The position numbers and the translations under genes are program-made. Below, one piece after another: positions 1-13,674 of a DNA stretch of 64,000 bases (its first letter is position 1; every line of letters starts with the position of its first letter). This DNA comes from Seison nebaliae (lineage: Eukaryota), in assembly GCA_023231475.1 (NCBI GenBank), contig JALJEE010002175.1, positions 62,001 to 126,000 on the forward strand. The letters are read 5' to 3'. The notes below the pieces were generated by a model, which worked only from the letters and a program-made list of their open reading frames with translations, had not been told where the DNA came from and did no database searches.

Positions 1-1670
1 GTGGCGAACGAGTTGATAAGAAAAGAATTATTCGTCAAATAAGTTAAGCAACTCGTCACTTATAAGGAAAAAATTTATACGGCAATACATACGTAGTATA
101 AGGCAACCCCTGCCACTAACCACGATTCGATGACAAAATTTTCCTGATATGAATTTGGTGGCAGAAGATTCTGTAAAGTGTCGATTCTATAGAGAATGGA
201 CTAGGGAATAGATGAATTGCAACAAGTTTGATCATGGATGTGACGTCATATTGCCAAATTTCATCCACAATTCACAACTTCTCACCATTTTAATTCAATT
301 TGATACCGTTATGCCATCACATTTTCATGAGAGATAAATAAGAGACACGGAAATAATATGGAATCGGGAAAAGTAAACTGATTAAAAAAATTAGTTTGTA
401 GATCGATGGCGATATACAGCAACTGTCCATTTTTATTTCCTTCATCAATTATAACATCACCAAAAAAATATTCATAAGATAACAACATATCATTCATATT
501 ATTCACTTCTAAATCGGTCAATTCATTTAATTGGAAAATAATACACTTTAAAAGATTCCCAGAAAATCGTCTACTAAATATACAAAAATATACAGACTAT
601 TTGGAGGCAATTTTATTCAATTCAAATATTTTTCATTTAAATAAAAACAATTCCGCTAATTCCGTTAAGATGGACGGTTTAATTTTCTTTTAAAACATTC
701 TTTACAGTTTTGAGTTCTTTGGTTGAAAAAGAAAGAAAGTGAGAACGAAATTAACTGACCTTATTCGAATGAGAAGGTAAAGGACTCGAGTAGTGTTGTC
801 CGATACTACCGATAAATCGACCTAACACCTTCAGATATGTGGACAACTCCCGTCTGTTTCAATTGACAACTTAACTTGTCAATTGACTATTAAACTGAAT
901 CGAACAACAAATTCCCTACTACTTGATAATCAGATGAGATGTATGTTGAAAAAGAAATCATATATTGAGGACAATTGACCGATTTGGTCACGGCGGCAAA
1001 TTGATGAAAGAAGACGCCATATTAGTCCTTTTCGGGGTCGAAATAAATAAAAGCCTAAATTGGATAAGTTGCAATTGTCAACGGTAGTTAACACAAAACA
1101 ATTGGGAGTCTCATCAAATGAAAACCAAATAAGGATTCACCTAAGAACTCAGCGGAGCAGTTAAGATTAGAAAGAAGATGTTATATTAATAAGGAGAAGG
1201 AGAAAAATGATGAGAAAAGAAATAGAGAGTTAAATGGAAACTCCTTGTTCGTTTTGAAGGTTACCATCCGATATTCCAAACATCTGACATCTATTATCAG
1301 AACATATATAGGAATATTCATCACATTTATTACGTTAGATCGTATCTGCTGTTAGAATATACCAGAAAATTTGGGAATATTACGATCTATCTCAACTACG
1401 AACATTTGAGACGATTTCCAGATGATTCGAAGCGTAAAGTGAAAGTTTCTTCATCTACCGTCGATCAAACTGAAATGCGGTCAACAAACTCATCTGCAAA
1501 TAAACAGTTTCATGGAATGGAAAGATAAAGTAAAAATGTCATTTGCTTACGGCAACTTACACTTCTTACAAAGGGTTCGATAACAATTTTTCCAACTACT
1601 CAACAAATCATTCACTATTTCCTAACGTTTATCTACATGTTGGCTCGTTATTACCAACCAAACGAATTTT

Positions 1671-1690
1671 ACACACACACACACACACAC
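1671..1690. repeat. (CA)n microsatellite
   Basis: Run of acacacac... seen directly, followed by CA/AA-rich low-complexity sequence. Confidence 0.9.
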
Positions 1691-2829
1691 AATTACACGA
1701 AACTACACAAATATACAAATAATACCCAAAAAGTACACATACATACAAAAAACTACATAAAAATACATAACAACGATACACTTAACTTACCATAAACCTA
1801 CACGAACAACTTAACCCAAATTTTTCCTTAAATATCTTAATTTTCTTAATAAAAGTAAAAATAGATAAAGACAAGATATTGTTATCTAATGACGAGAATG
1901 ATGATCAAAGAAGAGAAATAAATTGTACTCAAAACGTTGTTGTTCCTGGTAGGAATGAAGTTCGAAAAGAAAAATTCAATTTTGAAATGAAAAACTTTCA
2001 ATTCTTCGTTAAACTATCTTCCATCGCTAAGTAACTGTATTGTAAATGGATAGAACTAAAGAAAACGGCTTATTTGCAGAAAGTTGAAGATGTGCAAAAC
2101 TTGAATATTCCGACGAAAATAAACAAGTGATGAGGAAAAAGGTCCATATGTTGGATGAAAGGTATTTCAATCTTTGACTTTGCTTCAGTTCAAACAGAAA
2201 ATGAAGTTCGTTCGACGAATGAACATGTGAGATGATAACGTGAAGAAAATTTAAAATTTTCCTCTAAATCTTTCATTCTTTTCCTCGTCCGAATCTCATG
2301 AATGTGTAAATAAACAATTTACATTTCCTCCTTTGATTCATGATTCAACACTTCCATTGTAATCAAATTGTTCGCCATATCAATACGAGTTTTCCTCCAC
2401 CATCTTTTCACTTGACTTTATTGTCTAAAAATTTGAATTATTTTTCCTACTCTGTTATTGTTGGTTCTAAGTTTTCTCATTCGAACAAGCAATTCTTATC
2501 ATTATTGTTCATCAATTTTCATCTGGACGTTCTTGACATACATATTTGGTCGATAAATCTATTTATTTATATTCTTCCATTGATAATAGAATGAAGTTCA
2601 AGTTCGATGCACAGAAATGCGGATGGAGAGGAATTATTAATTAATGAAATTTATTTATCTTTTTAGCCCGCCGGTACAGGAAGAGCTTTTCATGAACATT
2701 TTGTTGATTTAAAAAAAAGCAACACCCACTTGCAGTTACAATTATACACTCACAAACATCTACTATGTCACGTTAGAATGTCGGTTAGACCTGTCAACGA
2801 CAATTGTGTTACTGATAAAGTTGTCATCT

Positions 2830-2832
<3 letters not shown>

Positions 2833-2861
<29 letters not shown>
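2833..2861. repeat. (CT)n microsatellite
   Basis: ctctct... run with one interruption. Confidence 0.85.
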
Positions 2862-2862
<1 letters not shown>

Positions 2863-5800
2863 GCAATTGATAAATATTGCTAAATTTGAATGTTCATTTC
2901 TGCACTGATCTGATAGTAACAGTAGATATCAATAAAAATCTTTTAAATAAATCTACCATAATAATATTGGAAGTTGATGAAATGTTAACACATCATTTAG
3001 AGAACAGGTAAAGAACCGAATGATTCATCATGAATATGAGAAGGAAAAAATCTTTTAGATGAGATCAACTTCCAATCTCCGGACAATTCTACTACTCCGA
3101 ATTTGTACTTCAAAACTTAAAAAAACGGACCATTTCCTACCATTGAAAAAGGGAATTTTTATCTCATGGAAAATTGGAAAATTACAAATGGAACTGTTGA
3201 AAGAAAATAGAAATTTGAATAAGAAACAATCTTAATTCCTTTAGTTGTCCGTTTGTTTGTTGAATGGAAGAAGAATTGATAAGTGTTGAAATGTCCCAAA
3301 ATTATCATATGAATCTAATAGAGAGTTCATTTAGCAAGCTACTGGTAAAAATAGTGGAAAAAAAGTGTGAAATTCTTCGGGGCTACTAAAATATCGGTGA
3401 AAATCTGACATTATTGTTTAGTTGTGAGGTCGCATTTTTGGATGAAATCAATAATTTATCTTTGTACATTCCCACCGACTTACACACCAAATTAGAGAAA
3501 GAAGGAAAATATCGATATGATGTGAAACATCTTTAACATAAGTTTACCATTTCACATCAAACTGACAATGAAGAGAAAATAATTAATTTCGAATTATTCC
3601 GTTTCTTCCTCAAGAACTTTCCTTTCGCAGACTTACCACTAAAGGAATGTCAGAACAACTAAAAATTTTATTGGACAGTGGTCAGTTGGGAGGAGGAAAA
3701 ATGTAGTAATAAAATTTATAATTTTATGATGGAAAAATTATTAATAGATCCAATTCCTTAGGAAATGGACATCAACGAATGGAAAGGTTAATGATTGCGA
3801 TAACGAGTTCTCTTCTGATGATTTTCAGATCAACAAAAAAAAAGTTATTTATGAATTTGTTATTGATGATATTGGAATGAGAATTCATCAATTCTTTGAG
3901 AATGATTAAAAGTGATTGTTTAAACTTTCGCCATCAACATCAAAAAAAAGGTTGCAGCAGATTTCTCTGGTACCACATTATCAACAATGGAACAAACAAA
4001 TAAATAAGAGAATCGAATGGTTATTGTTATATATGGTGAAAGGTATTGATTAGTTGAGGCATTTTGTATATTTTCGGTGGAAATCACGGGATACCACTCG
4101 TCTCTGTGTATATAGAAACGACTTCAAATGTATGACCTCAATTCTTGACATTAATGAATATACAAAAGCTCCATGATCATTTACACCAAAATGATACCAT
4201 ATGAGCAGACACATTAAATAATCACCTACCACAAATATCATTCTGTTGCCGTAGAATTTATTCAAAAATGAAAAAGAAATTGTAAAAGTTTTTTTTGTTT
4301 ACAATTCACATGTTCGTCGAGTACTCCTCGAGTAACTTTATATGATGAATGATAAAATGTTATGATGTAATTTATGAGTATTTACAACTAAATTACATGT
4401 CAGAATAAGATAGAAAACATGAGAACATCATCCTACTAATAAATTTCATCCAATCTTCAGTGACATGAATATGATTTGGATGGTGGGCAAATTGTGTGGT
4501 GGAGAAGTTGTGGAGGGCCCACACGCAAACATAAAATTTAGAAAGTACTTTAAATTAATCAATAAATGAAGAGCAAAATATAAAATGTTTCCAAGAAGTA
4601 CTGGTAAATGATGTTGGCTATCTGATTGAACTTGTTAGTGAACGACGATAAGATCTGGAAAATATCGATGAAATTATCGAAAAGAAAATTTTATGATAAT
4701 AAAAACCACAAAAATAACACGAAGGAAATCGATAGTCAATGTCTCATAAATAATAATGGGAAAAATAATGATTAATGTTCATCATGTCATGTTGATTGAT
4801 GGATCATCCAATGTCTGTTATAGGATTTTGGAGGGGAACCGACATTCTGATTCAAAAATCATTCAAAATTCAGTTCTGCTCAATGAAAAATATGGCGAAT
4901 GCAATTTTATTCACCATGAAACACTCAAATTAATTTGAGATTGGTTTGAACAGTTGGAAAAACAATGGGGAAGGTTTTTGTAAAGGATTTGTTATTAACA
5001 AATTATTTAGCCTAATGAAAAATACGTATTTTTTGCACTAGCAACTGCCAGTAATTGTTACTGGTGAGTACCATGATCAGACTACCATGGAAAATAATGA
5101 GAGTAATTGGAATAAAATTTCAACTGACCTATGTGTACGCTTCTGTTGCTGATAGGAAATTGAATTGAAGGGAAACGAAGGAGAGAATGTAAATAATTGT
5201 TACATTAATTCCTTTCATACAGAGACAACGAGTCATATAAAGAGATGATCTTGGTATTGTGAATATTGGAAGGAGAATGTGCAGTTCACTTGAAGGAAAT
5301 GGATGAGAGTAAATGAAGCAGAAGAAGAGAAAGGAAAGAGGAAAAACAAATTATCCGATGTCCGTTATCGCTCCAAATTGGACTGGGTTATTGTTCTCTT
5401 CTCTATACCGGACATACTCATCATCATCATCAACAACAACAACAACAACAACAGAAACATTATCAAGTGGGCAGAAGTGGTGGTAGGTGTGTGTTAAATG
5501 TGGTTGGTGAAAGGGAATATTAGAAATTCTTTCCTTCTAATAAATTCTTGTGATTTATCGTCATTGACAGATGATGATGACTCATTTGACGTCGGAAGTT
5601 TTTCGGGAGCGGTAAAAGAGAAAATTTCAAAGACAAAAATCATCAACGGAAAAGACAAAGATGGAAAATGATATTGTCATTTCTAATTATTAGAGAAAAA
5701 ATTAAAAAAAGATTTACCTATCGACAGAATTATTAAGGGAAATTATAAGACAAAGAGAACGATAAGCGACTTGATGAATTGATAAGTGAAATGGTCTGAT

Positions 5801-6739
5801 GATTTCAATTTGAAGGGATCGATCCTTCTCTCGTCGAAGACTAATAATTTATTTATTTTCTTCTAACGTACGAAAAGAATTCATTTCCATTAATGTCATA
5901 GATAATGTTTTCAATCTCCATCACTCTCATTTGAATGATATTGATTAAATGCCTAATTAAAAATGAATTATTCGTCACCTTCGTTCGGTGTCTTCTTGTG
6001 ATATTCTCTTCCAATCGAATGATATGAGTCGAAAGAAATGAGATTAATGAAAATGGAAGACAACAATGGACGGAGAAGAATGACGTTTAATATTTCCGTT
6101 AACTACAAATGACGATATTGAACAGATGTGAAAGGAAATGATGAACATGTGAAATTGAATGAACTATTGGAATGACTATCAATTCAATCATCTAAATGAA
6201 AGAGGTTTGATGATATTAGAAAGGTGGGAAGAAAAAGATTTTTGGGGGAAAATGATTATTTTCTTTTCCCCCTGAATTGTTTTGGACGAGGGTGAAATTA
6301 TTAGTAGGTGGTCGCCAGATATATTCACATAATAAGAAAGAATGAGGAGAGGAGTGAAAGGAGAAATGATCGACGTGCATTCAATTGAGAAATGAATGAC
6401 CAAAAATAGAATATACTTTTTTGGCACAGGCGGAAGTGGCTGAGTCCCTTCGTGTTACCTCAACTGAAAATTTGATACGAGATGGAAATTTAAATAAAAA
6501 AATTTTTCCATTTTTTATTCGGAGAAGAATTCCATTAATTCATATGTGAATGATGGGAGAATTGATAAACATTCTCATAAGAAAAAGAACTTTTCTTCTT
6601 CTTGATGAATAGTTAATGAGAATCGATAAATTTCAGACAAAATTTGAGACGATGGGTAACTTTACTTTAATATTTTCTCTCAAAAAGAGCAGCATTCTTT
6701 TAATCGAGTCGAATAATCGGTGAAACGAGTCAATTTGTT

Positions 6740-7930
6740 TTAATGTTTAAAATTCTCATGGAAATGGGAAATGGAATGTCGATAACTAACTTTTATCATC
6801 GGAGTACTTGAATGGTAACGTTGTCTATCGTTCAAGGTCCCAACTTGAGAGTGATGTCGATAATGATTATGAGTCAATTTCTTTCTCTCCTGTTTCTTCT
6901 CATATCGATGGAACGGTTCTTCTGGTTTCTGCGTTGACTTTCTCTCCAATGAAATGATTTCACTCGATGATTGTTTAGATTCGTAGAATGATAAGGATGA
7001 TGAAGTATTGGTGGTGGTGGTGGTGGTGATGATAGTAGTGGAGAATGGAACTGATGGAATTGCAATTACTGGAGAATTGGATGAAATGAATGAAGTTGAC
7101 GATGATGTTGAGGGTGAAATGAGAAATGTGGATGATGAACGTTTTGAAAGTGGATTATGATATGAATATCGATTAGAATACGAACGGGAATTCGAACCAA
7201 TTTTTGCTTCATTATTCAGTTGAGACAAACAATTGTTCGTCGTCGACGAAGAACCTTGATGGTTACAATTCTTAATTGGATGATATAACTGCGTATTATT
7301 CTCATAAATTATTACATCGTCAGGATGATCGATTAAGAAATTAGTCATTTCTTTATTGTTTGTATTTGTATTATTGGAATTAGATGTTGAAGAGATCGAA
7401 GATGAGAAAAATGACGACGACGACGACGACGACGATGATGATGATGATAATGATGAAGATGAAGAAAAGATAATTGGTGGCGTCAAAGACAATGATGATA
7501 AATTGAAATTATTCGTATTATGATGACGAATTGGAGAATCCTTCGAATGTGCTTCAGTTGAATTAGTGAAATTTTTCATTTTATACAAATGTTGTTGACA
7601 TTCCGATGGTTTGTCCGAAATTGGATATGGTTTTAGCGTGGAACGTTTGTTTGTTGTGGGAGAGAAAATGATAAGAAACTTCTTATTTGGATTATCATTC
7701 TTCGTCTTATTTATAGTAAGTCGTTGAATGAAATTTGTTAGTTTCTTATTAAATTGATTTATTCGGGTATTCACCTCTTCTTTACGTTTGTTCATCCGAT
7801 TACTTCCACTTTTATTTGATGATTTCATGTTCGTATGAATATGTATACCAATGTGATGTAACAATACGTTCACTTGATATGGTTCGGTCTGATCTGCATT
7901 GATCAAGTCATTCAGATATCGCTGATTTTT
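6740..7930 (-). CDS. Uncharacterised Ser/Asn/Thr-rich low-complexity protein (terminal or large exon)
   Basis: About 390-codon open frame in stop-rich AT DNA. A pyrimidine tract plus CAG acceptor lies at about 7931. It has poly-S and poly-T tracts and no recognisable domain. The true start is uncertain (possibly MKSSNK at about 7828). Confidence 0.55.
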   Translation of the reverse strand, partial: KNQRYLNDLINADQTEPYQVNVLLHHIGIHIHTNMKSSNKSGSNRMNKRKEEVNTRINQFNKKLTNFIQRLTINKTKNDNPNKKFLIIFSPTTNKRSTLKPYPISDKPSECQQHLYKMKNFTNSTEAHSKDSPIRHHNTNNFNLSSLSLTPPIIFSSSSSLSSSSSSSSSSSSFFSSSISSTSNSNNTNTNNKEMTNFLIDHPDDVIIYENNTQLYHPIKNCNHQGSSSTTNNCLSQLNNEAKIGSNSRSYSNRYSYHNPLSKRSSSTFLISPSTSSSTSFISSNSPVIAIPSVPFSTTIITTTTTTNTSSSLSFYESKQSSSEIISLERKSTQKPEEPFHRYEKKQERKKLTHNHYRHHSQVGTLNDRQRYHSSTPMIKVSYRHSISHFHENFKH

Positions 7931-9896
7931 CTGATAAGAATTGAAACAAGAAAAGAAAATTATTCAGTTCTTCGTCTATTCTCCCGCCTAGTAACGAACA
8001 TTCATTTCTTTCATTATAACATCCAAATGGATTAAAGAAACTCGAATTGAATGATGATGAATGATCTGGTCAGTTGTTCTTCCACATCTTAATAATCATC
8101 AAATGGTATGAAAACGAATAAATCATTTTACTGATTTCCTATGAAACACGAATGTTCAATCGACTAATGTAAATAGGAGAATGATGATGGGCACTGATAT
8201 TTGTTTCTTCGAGTTGTAAACACATCAAACCGAAAAGTCGTCAAGTTTTTGTTTAAAGAATTCACTCCTCCCTATCCCATTCAGAATTTCAGAAATGACG
8301 TGTGTTCGAGAGACATCTAATATGTGTCAGGGATAGATTGTGGGATCGGAATGAATAGAGAAAAAATGGACTGGATTTGAGAAAGTTTTTCTGCTTTTCT
8401 GGATTATCTTTTCATCGACTACTTTATGAATTAGAGACATATCTTATTTAGTCGGCCATTCATTGATAGAGTAATAAATTTATTATCATGGAAAACATCT
8501 AAATTTGAGGATCATTGTTATGAGAAACAATCGAAACTTTTAACTTGTTGACGAAGAAAAATAATAGAAAAGGAACGAATGTCGATCCTTTCGAGAAAAT
8601 TTGGGTTAATGTCCAAATTATTATGAGAATGGATATTTCACTACTATCACACCATAGAAAGAATGATGACCGACAATGTCACGTTGTATCAATATCACAC
8701 AAGCAATAATTTTCCCAAGAATTTCAGAAAAAGAAACATTGATTCGGTTAACTAACAAGCGCCTGTCAATTCCGATGATTGGACTTGTGTCATTAACTAA
8801 ATAATATTTAGTAAATAAGTTTTTCGATGAAATGAGAAAGAAATGAAGTTTGAAATTTGAAATATAATTAGTTCCTCTAATTTGTCGGTGGTTGTTTCTA
8901 GCGTGCTAGGCCGGGTTAAAATGACCTCTTAAACAAGAAAAGAAGGCAGATAAAATGAAAGGAAGTATCGTGAGCGGTTTGATGATATCAATTATCGTAT
9001 GAAAAGCAATGGATGATGTTGGAGGATTTTATCGGAAGTGTCATCTATGTAAGACTGGTTGGTGATCGACGAAGAAAGCAATTTCCGAAGAAGTCTTTCC
9101 TCATTCTTCACAATTATCTTCATTATTTCTTCATGTAAGAAAAAGTTTAGTTAAACATATTTTCACTTGTACACGTTCATTCATACATTCTGCCAATCGT
9201 TTACATATCAACTTATTCTTTGACATTACTCTGCTATTAGGGAAAATAACGAGTTCGATTAAGACTTTTCATCATCAATCGCTCTCATACATATTTCGTC
9301 GTTTCCTCCTTCTTTTCTTACCTCTCAAATTGTAGGAGAAGTTACTTCTTTTCCTACATCTGTTTTTGGTTAATCAGTCTTTTCCGTTCTCTCACCTAAA
9401 AACCACAAGGTAAGCTTAAAATGATTACGAATTTTTTGAGGATTTATAAAAAATGAATTTCGTTTCCCAAACAACTCGACACTTCATAGGAGAAATGATA
9501 AGAATATGTAGAAATAGAATTTGAAGAAGGGAACGCAATGAAAAGATGGTTCAAATGTCGAACGACATAATCACCATCAACATAACTCCTATCGTGTTCG
9601 ATATTGGATGTTGAAGTAGAAATGTTGATCGAAAGGGAAATGAGATACATAAAAGATTTACTAAACGTATACAACTCATTTTACTCAATTACACTTGATT
9701 CATTTCCTTCTAACTTCTCACTCTTTAACGATCTTAAAGTTTTATTAATCAAAAACAAAGGACTTCACGCCCACAAATAATTCTGGCCTTTTTCTTCCGA
9801 CCTCATCTCATCAGAATTGCATATAAATTTAGATTGTTTCATTTCAATCGTCACTTCATAAGGAAACATAGCGAAGACATTTGGAGTTGGAGGAAT

Positions 9897-10367
9897 TCAA
9901 TTGAGAAATAACAAGAGATTAACCTTTATATACAATATAGCTATTCGTAACAATAACTGAAGTACATGAAACTGATTGAAAGTGAGATCGATATTTTCAA
10001 TTTGAATTTCCAGATGTTGCCCGCCCTCATTCCCCCGCAATCTCTCCAAATAATTAAAAATCTCTTTCAATAAACAATCTTTCCAATTAAAATAATTCAT
10101 TTGCTTGACCGATTTGTATGAAAGAGCATAATCGAAAAATTCGTGAAATTTATTCATCGAAATGTTCAAAATTCGTTCTTTCATTTTCCAACTGATTTGA
10201 AACACCTCCAAACGTTTGAGTTCTTTTTGAAATTGTGATTGTTCTTTTGCTAAATCGTTTCTTCCATTGTTCTTTTCTACTAGTCGGCGATATTTCAAAT
10301 TTGCCGAAATGAAATAACCATCTTGAATTTGACGAATTTTACATAAGTGACTCTCAATAGTCTCCAT
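9897..10367 (-). CDS. Uncharacterised protein, possibly coiled-coil
   Basis: 156-aa ATG-initiated ORF with protein-like composition. A possible GTT donor lies near its 3' end. No family recognised. Confidence 0.45.
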   Translation of the reverse strand: METIESHLCKIRQIQDGYFISANLKYRRLVEKNNGRNDLAKEQSQFQKELKRLEVFQISWKMKERILNISMNKFHEFFDYALSYKSVKQMNYFNWKDCLLKEIFNYLERLRGNEGGQHLEIQIENIDLTFNQFHVLQLLLRIAILYIKVNLLLFLN

Positions 10368-11919
10368 AAAAAATTATCATTTGAACTATTTTTCTAAAGT
10401 GAATGTTTTTATTAAATCGATTGTGACAAAGAAGAATAAATTACGTAAAATTTAATGTTAGTTACGATCCAAAAATCAAAATTAAAAGATTTCTTATTAA
10501 AACTGGTCAAATGAATTAAATTAAATTATTGTTAATTAAACTACTTTATAATTATTAAATTAATTAAATTAAAGAAAGTTGGTTTGATGGGACGACATAA
10601 TTTAAGATTAGAGATGTTAATTATAAACCGTCTTCAAAATGAAAAATAGTGTGATGTTTAGGGAGAAAATTAATTAGATCTTCTCATTTCTCCTTTCTAC
10701 AATGAAGATGTGTCTCGAACTGAATGTGTCTAGCAACATGTTTGAGGAACTTGAAGAACACTCGTTGATTTATTTTGTTGTATAAAATTACATTGGTATT
10801 TTATTTGGATGATGGGAACATTTAGAAAATGTCTTTTAAGAGTTGGACGAGAAAGATGGTTTTTAATAGACAACAAATTTCGAACATAACGAAGATCAAT
10901 CGTAACGATAATCGATCGTCTACCAAATGTCCTACTCTTATCTCATTGTTTGGACGGGAGGAAGATAATTTATTTAATAAAGCGTTAATTGTTGGCAAAT
11001 AGATGGATAAGGCGAGAAAATTTGACATCTGCTCCAAATTATTGAGCATTCGCCCCTCAGATCGAAGGCAATTTGAAGAAGCGTAAAACGGTTTACGATT
11101 AAGACGTTCAATTTGGAAGATTCCTCTCCGAACTATAATATCGTTGTCAATTTACTAATTCTACTCATTCTCTTCAAATATTGAGTCGCTTCAGTTATTT
11201 TTCTTTCAGTTTTTTCTTATTTCCACTCTGCCATCTTCTCATCAAACAAAGTTTTAGTGTCATTCCTACCATTTCCAGTTAGCTGACTATTGACACCTCT
11301 TTCTCTGACGGTACCGCCCTTGTTGAGTTGATTTGATAGCATCCTTTAATCATTCGCATATATCGATTATCCTATCACTCCCATCGAACACATCGGGAAT
11401 GATATAAAAACTTCAATTTGTTCGTGTCTAATTTCAAACTCATTTTATTTCCACCAAACCATCTTCTTGTTTCTTATGTTATGATATTCAGATTTTTATT
11501 ATTATGGAAACATTTATGTATTCTTTTTTATCACATATATTTCATTTCAAGACACGTTTTTTTATTGTGCCATCAATAAATTTAGTTGTTGTTCGACAAG
11601 ATCATTATACTGAAAACTTAATAGTATTAAGTTGTTGAGATTGATTAAATTGTTGCACCAGATCGAGAATCATTCAAAAATAAATCTTTCTTTTTCTTGA
11701 GAATTTTAGAAGATTAATTTCATTAAAAACTTTCTCGATCGAAATAGTGGAATCGAATTAATCGTTCACTCATTAACAATTCTATGAAATTGTTTCATTT
11801 CCATTCCTTCGATTAATATATTTTCGACTAATCTCATTCTCTTATAAATATAGGAAAATTTATTGGAAAAGATTAATATTATTCTATTATTCTCTTAAAG
11901 ATCATTTTTGTTAGACATA

Positions 11920-12808
11920 ATGGTAGTTGCGGAAAAGAAGTTCAAGCGAAACTTACAGCAATGTTTATCCGTGTTGAAAATGCGAGTTCGCCGCCAACGT
12001 ATTCGCCTGACAAGAAAAGCAAGTGATTGTGAAATGATCGGGAAATATTTTCCATCGAAGAAGGTCTCGCTAGTTAGCGGAAAATATAATGAAGAAAGGA
12101 AGACGACAAATTATACGAATAAAGTTCAACAATATCTCCACGAAGTTACTATTCCTCAATTTGACTCTTAATTCATTAATCTTTTCTCCTAATTAGATGA
12201 ATGATGACATGCAATTAACAACATTTCCGATGCCATTTTTACATTCGACACTTAACGAATATCATTTGGAAAGTTGGAGGAATGTCAAATGTCAAACAAT
12301 TCATGATATATCACAATGTTGTTGTTGTTTCTGTTTCACCTCCTCAATAAATCAAGAAGAAGAATTGATCAGTTTGGACGAAAGTGAAGAAATGATCAAT
12401 TTCGACGAATGTGAAGAATGCGCGAAAATCCAATGTAATACGAGTAGATCCGAGGAATTTATTGATTACGATTCCATCCAAAGCGAAGAGAATGTCGACG
12501 ATGATTGTAATGACATTAGTCTCCCAGCTAATTATCATGAATTCGAACTCATATTGAAAAGATCAACTTCCACCAACTACGACTCGTCCTCCGAACATTT
12601 CCATGATGATTCCAACCATTCCTATGAACACACAACTTCTAATGATGATCGAACGGAATGGACAGATTGTAGCGACATGTCGATAGAGAGTCGTCAAATC
12701 GTCAATAGAAATTCGAAGCGGAATCATTCCTCCCAACAACCTAATGAGTGTCACAGTGCTAAAATTCGTGAAATCGTATGTGCTAATAATGGATATTTGT
12801 TAATTTAA
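11920..12808 (+). CDS. Uncharacterised two-exon protein (basic N-terminus, acidic Cys-containing C-terminus)
   Basis: ATG at 11920. A phase-0 intron GTTACT...TTAG (about 12145-12196) joins ...QQYLHE to MNDDMQ... in frame. Confidence 0.6.
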
Positions 12809-13422
12809 CCTCATTCCCTTCCATCCTTCCATCTATCCATCCACCAAACCGATTATGTTCTTTTCTATTTATCTTATTTATTATTCTTATTATTATTAAA
12901 AGAAAGTCGATATAGTTCTGTTTCTTCGTTTTAGTTTGTCGTGGACGACAAACCGTTAATTCTCCAATTTTCTTATAATCTCTATCGAGATCAAATATCT
13001 GAATGGGAGAAATGATCGAATATATGTATAAATATTTGAAAAAAAAAACCATTTATGTACCATCGTCGTCGAGTTGCACACTCCATTGAGAAGAAACATT
13101 TGGGGTGGGCTAATGTAATTATGACCGACGATGTCAACGGATACGAATTAGGAAGAATAATGAAAGAATCTTCTTAATTTAAGAAGAGATTTTTGTGATT
13201 GATTGGAAGATTGCATTTTCGGTCTTCCGATTAATATTAGGATTGTTTCTTTCCATTTTCTTATGTTTCCCTTCATTATCGCCGTTTGTTTTCATAAGAT
13301 ACTTTCGACGAACTTTTCGAGTGACTTGATCATCTTCGATTCATTCTATTTATTCGACAGAACTATTCATTATTTTTCTTCTTATTCTCTCACAGAACAT
13401 TCACACAATTCCTTAACAACAC

Positions 13423-13674
13423 ATGAAGAACATTCAATCATATATATTCATCCTTCTTCTTGTCATCACAATGACAATGGCCGCCGATTACACCGAAGAC
13501 AAACGTGCAATGTACATCCCGTTCGGGAAGCGCATGATGCCAAAGCAACAAGATGTTTTCGATCATGGCGAGCATGATGATAATCTATTGGAACTTCTCT
13601 TGCAATCCATTCGAAAGAATTCCCAACAAAGCTATCTAAAGAATCGACGGGCGATGTATATTCCCTTCGGTTAA
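13423..13674 (+). CDS. Neuropeptide precursor encoding two copies of AMYIPF-amide
   Basis: Hydrophobic signal peptide (MKNIQSYIFILLLVITMTMA), then KR-AMYIPFG-KR and RR-AMYIPFG-stop. These are dibasic convertase sites plus a C-terminal Gly amide donor. Confidence 0.9.
   Translation: MKNIQSYIFILLLVITMTMAADYTEDKRAMYIPFGKRMMPKQQDVFDHGEHDDNLLELLLQSIRKNSQQSYLKNRRAMYIPFG

Noticed and set aside
1..521. Minus-strand coding-like sequence at the window start
   Set aside because: All frames are interrupted and no family is recognisable. It may be a decayed gene or TE but cannot be supported.
860..885. 10-bp-stem hairpin caattgacaa-N6-ttgtcaattg
   Set aside because: Isolated, with no convincing matching termini or TSD to call a MITE.
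2340..6427. Numerous 60-90 aa ORFs in long noncoding stretches (also 27369-32602, 36052-39140 and 57951-62712)
   Set aside because: F/I/L/S-rich composition and non-ATG starts expected from random AT-rich DNA. No motifs.
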